A stretch of 64,000 bases of DNA, from the NCBI GenBank assembly GCA_002728715.1, contig PBVQ01000018.1, positions 10,015 through 74,014 on the forward strand, in the 5' to 3' direction. Positions within the stretch are counted from its first letter, which is position 1, and each line of letters opens with the position of its first letter. The DNA comes from Dehalococcoidia bacterium. Lineage in GTDB: Bacteria > Chloroflexota > Dehalococcoidia > Lucifugimonadales > Lucifugimonadaceae. The notes beneath the pieces are model-generated. The model was not told where the DNA came from. It searched no databases and saw only the letters and a program-made list of their open reading frames with translations. Positions 20,303 to 29,097 of the stretch are shown here, piece after piece. The position numbers and the translations under genes are program-made.

Positions 20303-21043
20303 CTAAGAAACATGACTAATAATTTCTAAAATTTCTTTTAAATTTGTTATTTCAATGTTTGGCAGAGGTTCTCTGGTAATTTTTTCATTATTTCTATTTA
20401 TCCATACAGTTGTCATACCTGCTCTAAATCCGCCTAGAACGTCATCAAATAAATGATCTCCAACGTACCATATATTATTTCTTTTTTCACGTAATCCATT
20501 AGATAAAAATTCAAAAGCTTTCAGGGAAGGTTTATATGTTTGAGCCAACTCGGAAGATGCAATAAAATCAAATTTTATATTTTGGGATTCTAGAAGTTTA
20601 ATTATCCAGTCATGATCTGCATTTGAAAATAAACCAATTTTAAAATTTTTACTTAATTTTTCTAATACTTCTACAGTCTCTTCAAATATTGGTTTTTGGC
20701 TCATATGGTCACTAGACATGACACCTGCTTCAACAAAGTCACCATTAAAATTAATATCATCAAATACTTTTTTAAAGCAAATTGTCCAAGCTTCTTGGTA
20801 AGTCTTAAATTTAGGTGAATTAGAAGGCCTACCTAGATCTATTCTATTTTTACGAAAATCAACTTCATAATTTTTCCATTTTTTCCAAAAGTTTTCAGGA
20901 CTTAATGGTATTTTTTGTTTGAAAATAATTTCTTTAAATAACTCTATCCATCCATCTTCTGAGTTTGAAAATAAAGTTTTATAACAATCAAATCCTATAG
21001 CCTTTGGCTTGTTTGGTATTTCAGAATGTAGTGTTATAGGCAT
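20303..21043 (-). CDS. HAD-superfamily hydrolase (haloacid-dehalogenase type II-like motif I)
   Basis: Motif I IGFDCYKTLF (DxYxT variant), SNAD, KPS and YVGDHLFDDVLG motifs. Sits inside the his operon. Confidence 0.7.
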   Translation of the reverse strand: MPITLHSEIPNKPKAIGFDCYKTLFSNSEDGWIELFKEIIFKQKIPLSPENFWKKWKNYEVDFRKNRIDLGRPSNSPKFKTYQEAWTICFKKVFDDINFNGDFVEAGVMSSDHMSQKPIFEETVEVLEKLSKNFKIGLFSNADHDWIIKLLESQNIKFDFIASSELAQTYKPSLKAFEFLSNGLREKRNNIWYVGDHLFDDVLGGFRAGMTTVWINRNNEKITREPLPNIEITNLKEILEIISHVS

Positions 21044-21056
21044 TTTTAATTAAAAA

Positions 21057-21812
21057 TTATAATCTAATGGGTATATTTTTATCAGTAAGATATTTTTTTA
21101 GATCATTTATTGTTATCTCTTTGTAATGAAATAAGGATGCTGCCAATACAGCGTCTGCTTTTCCATCTACTATTGCGTCGTAAAAATGTTTTTGTTCACC
21201 AGCTCCACCACTTGCAATAATAGGTATATTTACTAGCTTATTTATTGAAGATAATAAATTATTATCATATCCAGTTTTTTTACCATCTGTATCCATACTT
21301 GTAACTAGTAATTCTCCAGCACCAAGTTCTGTAGCTTTTTTCGCCCATTCAAGCGCGTTAATGTTAGTATTATTTCTTCCCCCATGTGTAAAAATATTCC
21401 ATTGTTTATCATATTTTTTTACATCCATTGCTAAAACAACACATTGTGAACCAAATTCTTTTGCGCAATCCTCAATCAGCTTTGGGTTGTTTACAGCCGC
21501 ACTATTAATTGAAACTTTATCTGCGCCTGCTTCTAGCATTTTTTGCATATCTTTTTTTGTTCTTATTCCTCCCCCGACAGTTAGAGGTATAAATACTTCT
21601 GATGAAACTTTTTTTACTACATCTACCATGATATTTCTATTGTCAGAGGATGCTGTTATATCTAAGAAAACTAGTTCATCCGCTCCAGAATTATTATAGT
21701 AAATTGCTAGATCTGTTGGGTCTCCTACATCAGATATATTTAAAAAATTTATACCCTTAACTACTCTTCCTTGATCAACATCTAAGCATGGTATAATTCT
21801 ATGCGTAAGCAA
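21057..21812 (-). CDS. hisF: imidazole glycerol phosphate synthase cyclase subunit
   Basis: RIIPCLDV..GRVVKG, LTVGGGIR, ADKVSINSAAV and ASGGAG match HisF. Confidence 0.95.
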   Translation of the reverse strand: MLTHRIIPCLDVDQGRVVKGINFLNISDVGDPTDLAIYYNNSGADELVFLDITASSDNRNIMVDVVKKVSSEVFIPLTVGGGIRTKKDMQKMLEAGADKVSINSAAVNNPKLIEDCAKEFGSQCVVLAMDVKKYDKQWNIFTHGGRNNTNINALEWAKKATELGAGELLVTSMDTDGKKTGYDNNLLSSINKLVNIPIIASGGAGEQKHFYDAIVDGKADAVLAASLFHYKEITINDLKKYLTDKNIPIRL

Positions 21813-21823
21813 ATTTTACTCCA

Positions 21824-22405
21824 TCATTTTTTTCTTGCAACTATTATATATTTATGTTGGGTTAGATGCCTGGACGTTATAGTTGATAGACCATTATCCT
21901 CCAACTTTTTTCTTATATCTTCCTGTTTTAATCTTGATGATTTGTTTGGGCCGTACTTGGGTTTAGAATCTTCACTTGGTAGCCATTCTACAACGCAAAG
22001 CCATCCTGATTTTTTTAAAATTCTTATACCCTCTTTTAAGATCTTTTCGATATTTTTAGCTTCATTTAATATATCTGAAAATACTACACCTTCAACAGTA
22101 TCATCATCTATTGGAATTTTATTTTCTTCAGATAATTTTGTTTCAATATTCCCTAGTTTATATTTTTTTGCTTGGGATTTAACTTTTTTTAGCATCTCAT
22201 TTTGAATATCTATAGCTATACATTTTCCTAAATATAGATATTTTGCAAGTGGAATTGATAGCCATCCTGGCCCTGATCCTATATCTGCAACTTTTTGTTC
22301 ACAATGAATCGGTATCAAAGCAATCATCGATTGTGGGTCAAATGTTTCTTCTAGGGTAGGATTTAACATATTATTTATTTTTTTTATTGAAGTCTTAGTA
22401 ATCAT
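21824..22405 (-). CDS. class I SAM-dependent methyltransferase
   Basis: Motif I VADIGSGPGWLSIPLA followed by AIDIQ. Inserted between hisA and hisF; overlaps the hisA stop by 11 nt and ends in TGA 11 nt before the hisF ATG. Confidence 0.7.
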   Translation of the reverse strand: MITKTSIKKINNMLNPTLEETFDPQSMIALIPIHCEQKVADIGSGPGWLSIPLAKYLYLGKCIAIDIQNEMLKKVKSQAKKYKLGNIETKLSEENKIPIDDDTVEGVVFSDILNEAKNIEKILKEGIRILKKSGWLCVVEWLPSEDSKPKYGPNKSSRLKQEDIRKKLEDNGLSTITSRHLTQHKYIIVARKK

Positions 22406-23132
22406 TTTTTTTCTCCTGTAGTAGTTTTTTTATTGCTTCTTCTAAATTTATTTTCCCTTCATATAGAGCCATTCCGGAAATCGCAGAATGCACTCCTAAA
22501 TTTTTTAATTTTAAAAGTTGATTAATAGTTGCAACTCCTCCTGCTACTGTAAGTTTAATATTGAAATTTCCCAATATTTCAATAATTTGATTATAATTTG
22601 GTTCTGATAAAGTTCCATCTCTTGTAATATCTGTATAAATAAATTGTTCTACTCCAAGATTAATCATATTATTAAATAAAATATTAGATTTAAGTTCAGA
22701 ATCAAGAAGCCATCCATTTGTTTGAACTATTCCATTTTTTGCATCAATTCCTACAATTACAAATTTACTACCAAACTTTTCTATTGTTGATACAATTTCA
22801 TTTGGATTTTCAACTGCTGATGTACCAAAGATAATTTTATCAACTCCTAATTCAAAAAGATATTTTGCATCTGTAAATTTTCTTACACCTCCCCCAATCT
22901 GTACGGGAATGTCTGAAAATTCTACTAATTTTTTTATAAGAGATATATTTTTTTGGGATCCATCTTTCGCGCCATCCAAATCAACTATATGTAGTCTTTT
23001 TGCTCCCAAATCAATCCACCTACTTGCAATTTCTAGTAAATCATTTCCGAAAACTTTTTCTTTTGAGTAGTTTCCTTGGAATAACCTTACACATTTTCCA
23101 TCTTTAATATCTATTGCAGGTATAATATCCAA
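22395..23132 (-). CDS. hisA: ProFAR isomerase
   Basis: IIPAIDIKDGKCVRL, HIVDLDGA, QIGGGVR and GGVAT match HisA. Confidence 0.9.
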   Translation of the reverse strand: MDIIPAIDIKDGKCVRLFQGNYSKEKVFGNDLLEIASRWIDLGAKRLHIVDLDGAKDGSQKNISLIKKLVEFSDIPVQIGGGVRKFTDAKYLFELGVDKIIFGTSAVENPNEIVSTIEKFGSKFVIVGIDAKNGIVQTNGWLLDSELKSNILFNNMINLGVEQFIYTDITRDGTLSEPNYNQIIEILGNFNIKLTVAGGVATINQLLKLKNLGVHSAISGMALYEGKINLEEAIKKLLQEKKNDY

Positions 23133-23133
23133 T

Positions 23134-23766
23134 TTATTTGACCATATCTATAAAATTTTTATAAATGCTAATTCCTATATCTCCACTTTTTTCAGGATGA
23201 AATTGAGTCCCCACAATATTGTCATCGCTTACTATCGAACATACTTCTATGCCATAATCAGTATTTGCTATGATTTTATTTTTTTCTTTTGGTTCGCAGT
23301 AAAATGAATGAACAAAATAAAAATAAGAATGATTAGGTATATTTTTTAAAATTCTATGCTTTTGGTTGATTATACTTAACTTGTTCCATCCCATATGAGG
23401 AATTTTCATTTTTCTATTATTTATATCTACCATGTTTTCGGGAAATTTTTTTACATTTCCCTTTATTATTCCTAAACATTTTGTGTTACCTTCATCTGAT
23501 TTATCAAATAATACTTGCATTCCAACACAAATGCATAAAAGAGGTTTTCCTGAGTTTCCAAAAAATTTAATTTCATCTGTTAGGTCAAGATTTATAAGTG
23601 ATCTCATTACAGCATTGCTTGAACCAACTCCAGGCAAAATAACAGCATCAGAATTTCTAATATCTGATTTATTTTTTGATATAAAAGGAGTAATCCCAGC
23701 TTTAATTACAGCCTTGTTAACACTATGGACATTGGCAGCGCCTGTATCAATTATTATAATTTTCAA
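23134..23766 (-). CDS. hisH: imidazole glycerol phosphate synthase glutaminase subunit
   Basis: KIIIIDTGAANVHSV, LPGVGS, LCICVGMQ (nucleophile elbow) and GTQFHPEKS. The likely start is the TTG at 23766; the longer track ORF (to 23838) adds a non-homologous extension. Confidence 0.9.
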   Translation of the reverse strand: MKIIIIDTGAANVHSVNKAVIKAGITPFISKNKSDIRNSDAVILPGVGSSNAVMRSLINLDLTDEIKFFGNSGKPLLCICVGMQVLFDKSDEGNTKCLGIIKGNVKKFPENMVDINNRKMKIPHMGWNKLSIINQKHRILKNIPNHSYFYFVHSFYCEPKEKNKIIANTDYGIEVCSIVSDDNIVGTQFHPEKSGDIGISIYKNFIDMVK

Positions 23767-23863
23767 ATTTCTAAAATCTACTCTTTTTTCTATTTTATAT
23801 ATTCCAATTGTAATATACAATTGGAATATATAAATCAATCTAAAACCTAATTAAAGTGATTAT

Positions 23864-24214
23864 ATGTTAAAAAATCAAGTCCCAATAAACACAATCCAAA
23901 TAACTCAAAAAGCTGCATCAAAAGTAAAACAGTTTGCAGATGAGAAATCTATGTCTAAATTTGGACTAAAAGTTTCTGTTAAGGGCGGTGGCTGTTCAGG
24001 TTTGACTTATGTTCTAGATATCGTTGAATGTCACGATGAAGAAGATAAGATAATTAAGTCTTCTGGTATTGAAGTGTATATTCCCAAAAAAGCTTTTGTT
24101 TTCTTAGCTGGAACTGTTTTAGATTTTTCAGATGGACTAAATGGAAAAGGTTTTGAGTTTACTAATCCTAATGCAAAAAAAACTTGTGGATGTGGAACAT
24201 CTTTTTCAGTATAG
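23864..24214 (+). CDS. HesB/IscA/ErpA-family iron-sulfur cluster insertion protein
   Basis: GLKVSVKGGGCSGLTY and C-terminal CGCGTSF. Confidence 0.85.
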   Translation: MLKNQVPINTIQITQKAASKVKQFADEKSMSKFGLKVSVKGGGCSGLTYVLDIVECHDEEDKIIKSSGIEVYIPKKAFVFLAGTVLDFSDGLNGKGFEFTNPNAKKTCGCGTSFSV

Positions 24215-24291
24215 ATTATGGATAGTTTTTTTTTTATAGATGGAAAGACACTCAATCCTTAAGAATTGTAGGTTCTGATTCATTAGACTTT

Positions 24292-25101
24292 TTGAATAGG
24301 ATTACTACAAATCAAATTTCAGAAAACCTAAGTACTAGAACTTTACTACTTGATGATAATGGAAGAATAATTGATAACTTCTTAGTTTTAAACTCTACTG
24401 CCGAAGATTTGTTATTGGTGTCTGACTCATCAGAAATTAGTGATCTTAATGAACAAATTACAAAATATATAATTTTAGAAAATATTACTATAGAAGATAT
24501 TAGTAATTCTTATAAAAGAATTTCTATAGTAGGTAATGGATCATATAAATTTTTATCCAAAATCCTTAAATCTAACCCACTTAAGTCTAAAAATGTTTTT
24601 TTAAATGATTTTAATTTTTTTGTTTTTATTGATAAGTCTAAATCTATTGAATGGATAGACATAATAATTCAAAGTAAAGATTTATCTAAATTAGAAAATA
24701 TTATTTTAAAAAATATACCTGAAATCTCTGATTTAGATTTTAAAAAATTTAGATTTCATCATCTAGTTACAGTTTTGGATGAGATTATAGGTATTAATCC
24801 ACTAGAGTTATCATTGATAAATTTAATTAGTTTCACGAAAGGTTGTTATATTGGTCAAGAAGTAATAGCTAGAATGGATACGTATAGTAAAGTTACACGA
24901 AAATTAGTAAGATTAAAATCGGATTTTCCTTTCCAGCAAAAAAGAATAACTACAATAAAAAATAAAAATGCAGGCCATTTAATATCGTATTTATCGGAAG
25001 AATCTCAGAATAATAAATTTGTAGCTTTAGCTTTAATTAAGAATAAAGAGGTTGTTAATTCTATTTTTTGTGGAGGTAAACCTGTTTATATTAGTGATTA
25101 A
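24292..25101 (+). CDS. YgfZ / GcvT-like folate-binding protein (5' end uncertain, see T10 tract finding)
   Basis: TKGCYIGQEVIARMDTYSKVTRKL is the KGCYxGQE signature. Homology (SLRIVGSDSLDFLNRI) continues upstream of the TTG chosen by the track. Confidence 0.7.
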   Translation: MNRITTNQISENLSTRTLLLDDNGRIIDNFLVLNSTAEDLLLVSDSSEISDLNEQITKYIILENITIEDISNSYKRISIVGNGSYKFLSKILKSNPLKSKNVFLNDFNFFVFIDKSKSIEWIDIIIQSKDLSKLENIILKNIPEISDLDFKKFRFHHLVTVLDEIIGINPLELSLINLISFTKGCYIGQEVIARMDTYSKVTRKLVRLKSDFPFQQKRITTIKNKNAGHLISYLSEESQNNKFVALALIKNKEVVNSIFCGGKPVYISD

Positions 25102-25867
25102 AATTGATTGTTGATCCTCCATCAACTAATATATTTTGTCCTCTAATCATTTCGGCATCTGTACTGCAAAGCATGGCTACTACGTTTGCTACATCTTGAG
25201 GGCTTATTGGTCTTCCTGCTGGAGTTGCCCTTTCAGCAATTTGTACAACACTATCTTTATCAGGGAAATGATTCAGTGCATCAGTTAAGACATATCCGGC
25301 AGATACAGAATTAACCGAAATATTTTTCTCAGCTAATTCAATTGAAAGATATCTTGTTATTGCCTCTATTGCTGCTTTTGAAACACCAATTGGAAAGTAG
25401 TCTGGAAGAACCATTGAAGAACCTGGGCTGGAAATATTTATTATATTACCACCATTAACCATGTGATTTGAAAGTTTTTTTGATATATACCATGTACCTC
25501 TCGCATTGATATCCATTGTCCAGTCCCAGTGTTTCACGTCTAGATCAGTAGATTTTCTCATAACTCCTGAGGCAGCATTATTAATTAGAATATCTATTTT
25601 ATTGTGCTCTGTAACTATTTTATCTATAAACTTATCTACAGATTCAATGTCTCCAATATTACATCTATATATTGAGCAATTTATATTATTTTCATTTAGT
25701 TCTTTTTGTGTTTTTTTTGCTTCTTTATGATTGCGTAAGTAATTTAGTATTAAATTCGCACCCCTTATTCCAAATTCTGCAGATATTGCTTTTCCAATTC
25801 CTCTAGTGCCACCTGTTATTACGACTGTTTTATTCTTTAGGTTGTTTTTATTTCTTAATTGAGACAT
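25091..25867 (-). CDS. fabL: enoyl-ACP reductase, FabL-like SDR
   Basis: VITGGTRGIGKA, NNAASGV, HWDWTMDINA, GVSKAAIEAITRYLSIEL, TDALNHFP, TPAGR and AEMIRGQNILVDGG closely mirror my recollection of Bacillus FabL. Confidence 0.7.
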   Translation of the reverse strand: MSQLRNKNNLKNKTVVITGGTRGIGKAISAEFGIRGANLILNYLRNHKEAKKTQKELNENNINCSIYRCNIGDIESVDKFIDKIVTEHNKIDILINNAASGVMRKSTDLDVKHWDWTMDINARGTWYISKKLSNHMVNGGNIINISSPGSSMVLPDYFPIGVSKAAIEAITRYLSIELAEKNISVNSVSAGYVLTDALNHFPDKDSVVQIAERATPAGRPISPQDVANVVAMLCSTDAEMIRGQNILVDGGSTINFNH

Positions 25868-25872
25868 AAGAT

Positions 25873-26613
25873 TTATATAGCCATACCACCATCAACTCTT
25901 ATGATGGTTCCAGTAATATAATCAGCTTCTTTCGTTGTTAAAAAAGCTATTGTTGGAGCAACTTCATCAGGTTCTCCAAATCTACCTTGAGGTATCCAAG
26001 TCAATACTGTTTCTTTTTGTTTTTCGTTTAGTACGTCGGATGTGGCGGTTTTGATATACCCTGGTGCAACAACGTTCACAGTTATACCTCTTTTAGCAAC
26101 CTCTTTTGCCAGAGATTGACTAAATCCGTGAACAGCAGCTTTAGATGCGGAGTAATTTGATTGACCCATGTTGCCACGTAAACCTACGACTGATGAAACA
26201 TTGATAATCCTACCCCATCGATTTTTTATCATGCTCGGTAATGCATTTTTAGTGCAGTAGTATGTTCCAAACATATTTGTTTGCATTGTAAATTCAAACT
26301 GCTCATCTTTCATTCTGAGTAGCAAGGAATCGCTAATTACACCAGCGTTGTTTACTAATATGTCTACACTGCCCATATCTTTTTCAACTTTCATAAACAT
26401 TTCTTTTACATTTTCCTTATTAGTAACATCACATTTAATCTTCATACAATCCGGATTAATTTTTTTTATGTTATCTAGTACATTGTTTGCGTCATTTTCA
26501 TGAGAATTATAGGTAATTACAATATTGTAATTTAATCTTGCTAATCTGATTGCTGTTGCTTCACCAATTCCCCTGGAACCACCAGTTATTAATGCTATTT
26601 TTTTTGTATTCAA
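25873..26613 (-). CDS. fabG: 3-oxoacyl-ACP reductase
   Basis: ALITGGSRGIGEA, NNAGV, SSVVGLRGNMGQSNYSASKAAV and ITVNVVAPGYI. Confidence 0.85.
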   Translation of the reverse strand: MNTKKIALITGGSRGIGEATAIRLARLNYNIVITYNSHENDANNVLDNIKKINPDCMKIKCDVTNKENVKEMFMKVEKDMGSVDILVNNAGVISDSLLLRMKDEQFEFTMQTNMFGTYYCTKNALPSMIKNRWGRIINVSSVVGLRGNMGQSNYSASKAAVHGFSQSLAKEVAKRGITVNVVAPGYIKTATSDVLNEKQKETVLTWIPQGRFGEPDEVAPTIAFLTTKEADYITGTIIRVDGGMAI

Positions 26614-26618
26614 TTTAT

Positions 26619-27626
26619 TTACCTGTTTATTTGTTTTCTTATTTTTGTAAGTTCTTCTTTTTGTGATTCAATTAAGTTTGTTTGTATAACAAATTTAGCT
26701 GTTTCAACTGCATTTGTAATTCCAATTGCATTAGATGATCCATGGCCAACAATTGCTAGACCATTAACTCCTAATAAAGGTCCTCCACCAAATGCTGCCA
26801 ATGTATTCATTTTTTCAAATATAGAATTTTGTAAATCCCTTGATTGATTATTATCTCCTAATTCTTTTTTTATTAATTCTACTACTGCATCTCCTAGGCC
26901 TTCAGTAAGTTTAAGAACTACATTACCGACAAATCCATCGCACAATATTACATCTGCCTTAGAAAAAGGAATCTCATTTGGTTCAATATTACCAGTAAAA
27001 TTTAAGTCTGTATTACTTAATAACTTGGATGTTTCCTTAACTAAATTGTTTCCTTTTCCTTCTTCGGATCCAACACTGAGTATAGCTATTCTAGGATTAT
27101 CTACTTCATATATTTTTTTTGCCATTATATTTCATAATGCTGCAAAATCAACTAATTGATTTGGCTTTGTGTCAACATTTGTCCCTAAATCTATTATTAT
27201 AGACTTGGGTGCAAATCCAACAATTGGACCTCCAAGTGCGCCTCTATCTACTCCGTCATGAGTCCCGAAAAGAACTGTCGCTGCAGCAATAGAAGCCCCA
27301 GTGGAACCCATACTGATAAAACCATCGGCTTTACCAGATTTAACTATCCCAGCAGCTACAAATATAGAGGCTTTTGGTTTTGACTTAAAGGCCAAAGCTG
27401 GATGTTCTCCTTCGTTTACAACGCCTTCAGCTGGAAATACTTTTATAAGTTGTTTTTCTTTTTCACTATATTTATTTAGTTCAAAATTAATTTTTTCTAA
27501 ATCTCCAACTAATATAATCATTACGTCTTTATTTTTTGTAGCATTAATTGCTGCTTGTACTGTTACTTTAGGACCATGATCCCCACCCATAGCATCTATG
27601 ACTATAGTTTTTAAGTTCTTATCCAT
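26619..27626 (-). CDS. plsX: phosphate acyltransferase PlsX, interrupted by an in-frame TGA at 27132-27134 (two track ORFs, same frame)
   Basis: N-terminal half VIDAMGGDHGP..SMGSTGA and C-terminal half NPRIAILSVGSEEGKGN..DGFVGNV..IVGHGSS are collinear. They are in the same frame, separated only by TGA AAT ATA before the ATG of the second ORF. Confidence 0.85.
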
Positions 27627-27649
27627 TTAAATTACTTTCCTTGACCGAT

Positions 27650-28057
27650 TTATATTCTAATTTCAGCTTTGCCAGATATTACTTCAGTTCCATCTGTTTT
27701 TTTGCAACCAATATTGCATTTTACTATTTTTTTTTCTTCTGATTCTACTATAGAGATTACCTCTCCATATGTAATTATATATTCACTTGGAAAAACAGGT
27801 GCAGTAAATCTAACTTTTATATTTCCATTTTTATACCAACTTTTAGGAAATTCTCTAACAAGGATTTCAGATAATATGCCGAGCGTTAGCATGCCATGAG
27901 CTATTCTTTTACCATATGATGTATTTTTAGCATATCCATCATTGATGTGTATTGGGTTATTATCACCTGATGCTTTTGCATATAGATCAACTTTACTTTG
28001 ATCAACTAAAATTTTTTTTTCTTTAAACTTATAACCTTTATACATATTATTTTTCAT
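27650..28057 (-). CDS. MaoC-like (R)-specific hydratase/dehydratase, catalytic hotdog subunit (HadB-like)
   Basis: Hydratase motif YAKASGDNNPIHIN and AHGML. Overlaps the upstream hotdog gene by 11 nt. Confidence 0.7.
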   Translation of the reverse strand: MKNNMYKGYKFKEKKILVDQSKVDLYAKASGDNNPIHINDGYAKNTSYGKRIAHGMLTLGILSEILVREFPKSWYKNGNIKVRFTAPVFPSEYIITYGEVISIVESEEKKIVKCNIGCKKTDGTEVISGKAEIRI

Positions 28058-28448
28058 TTAATATTATTTTTGAAACAGATGAGCCAACTATTTCATCTCT
28101 TTTATCAGTATATTCAACTGAAAATACAAGAAATAAACTTTTCTTTATAGATTTTTTTGAAGATAATTTACCATTAGCATAAATTATTTCATTAGAAGAT
28201 ATTTCTCTATTCCAGGTTACTTCTTGTCCTGAATGTACGGCTTCTAGACCTGTATTAAATAATTGTATTTCTTCAATTAAATTCGATAAGGCTAATGCAA
28301 TAACTAAGAAAGGAGGTAAATATTCGTTATAAATTTCCTTATTTTCGGGGAAAGTTACACAGTTTATATAATCGTTGATATTTTTATCTTCAAATTTTAG
28401 TTCGTATGGACCATAATTTTGTCCAATTTCAGCATCTAAAACATTCAT
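28047..28448 (-). CDS. hotdog-fold protein lacking the hydratase motif (HadA/HadC-like partner subunit)
   Basis: Size, position and predicted fold pairing with the downstream MaoC gene. No DxNPxH motif seen. Confidence 0.45.
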   Translation of the reverse strand: MNVLDAEIGQNYGPYELKFEDKNINDYINCVTFPENKEIYNEYLPPFLVIALALSNLIEEIQLFNTGLEAVHSGQEVTWNREISSNEIIYANGKLSSKKSIKKSLFLVFSVEYTDKRDEIVGSSVSKIILNEK

Positions 28449-28527
28449 AAATTGTAAATTTTAATTTTTATTTTTATTCTATTTGATTTTATTCTTTATT
28501 TCATAATATATAAATAACTAATATCAA

Positions 28528-29097
28528 TCAATATATGGATAAGTCTAGTGAATTTTCAGAAATTTCTGCAATAAGGTTATTTAGGTCTTTTGAACTACTA
28601 GGTCCTAGTATTTTTTTTACTATTTTGCCATTTTTGTCGATTAGTATTTTTTCTGGAATAGCTGCTACACCAAAATCTACTGCTATCTGCCCAAAGTCAT
28701 CTATTACAATTGGATAATTAATATTGTATTTTTTTATGAAGTTACTTACCTCTGGCTCAGTGTCCCATATTGCAATACCTACAAATTCTACATCATAATC
28801 ATTCCATCTGTCATAGGTTGAAGCTAAAGTTTCTGCTTCAGCTATACATGGAGCGCACCAAGATGACCAAAAATCTATAAGAACAATTTTACCTTTTAGT
28901 TTTTGTAAATTAACTTCATTGCCAGAAGTTGCTTCCATAATTAATTTCCCATCAAAATATTTTGGTATTTCTCCTAGGGCAAAATTATTATTTACACCAA
29001 TATTTTTTTTATCTTCTTTAAAAAATCCAAACGTAACAATAGCAACTAAAATCAGAGATGGAATCAAGATTATTAATAATGCTTTAAGTCTGTTCAT
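28528..29097 (-). CDS. membrane-anchored thioredoxin-like thiol:disulfide oxidoreductase (TlpA/ResA/CcmG family)
   Basis: N-terminal TM anchor, FWSSWCAPC active site and AIPEKILIDKNGKIV. Confidence 0.8.
   Translation of the reverse strand: MNRLKALLIILIPSLILVAIVTFGFFKEDKKNIGVNNNFALGEIPKYFDGKLIMEATSGNEVNLQKLKGKIVLIDFWSSWCAPCIAEAETLASTYDRWNDYDVEFVGIAIWDTEPEVSNFIKKYNINYPIVIDDFGQIAVDFGVAAIPEKILIDKNGKIVKKILGPSSSKDLNNLIAEISENSLDLSIY

Noticed and set aside
21361-22205. Antisense ORFs of 60-230 aa opposite recognisable genes (for example 21361-21699, 21801-22205, 23432-23833, 31213-31905, 45342-45782, 53037-53489, 53521-54720, 57779-58090)
   Set aside because: Each lies entirely within a gene whose product has strong family motifs on the other strand. 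Their translations are low-complexity (Ile/Phe/Ser/Leu-rich) with no recognisable motifs. Long shadow ORFs are expected in AT-rich, stop-poor antisense frames.
26619-27626. Genome-wide reassignment of TGA (code 25 Gly or code 4 Trp), or selenocysteine, as the explanation for the plsX in-frame TGA
   Set aside because: TGA gives natural gene ends at 21824-21826, 28528-28530, 49622-49624 and 62797-62799 (the last overlapping the next ATG as ATGA). All other recognisable genes are intact under the standard code. A Sec residue at a structural Gly is implausible, and I see no SECIS-like hairpin just downstream. A local error, mutation or split gene remains more likely.
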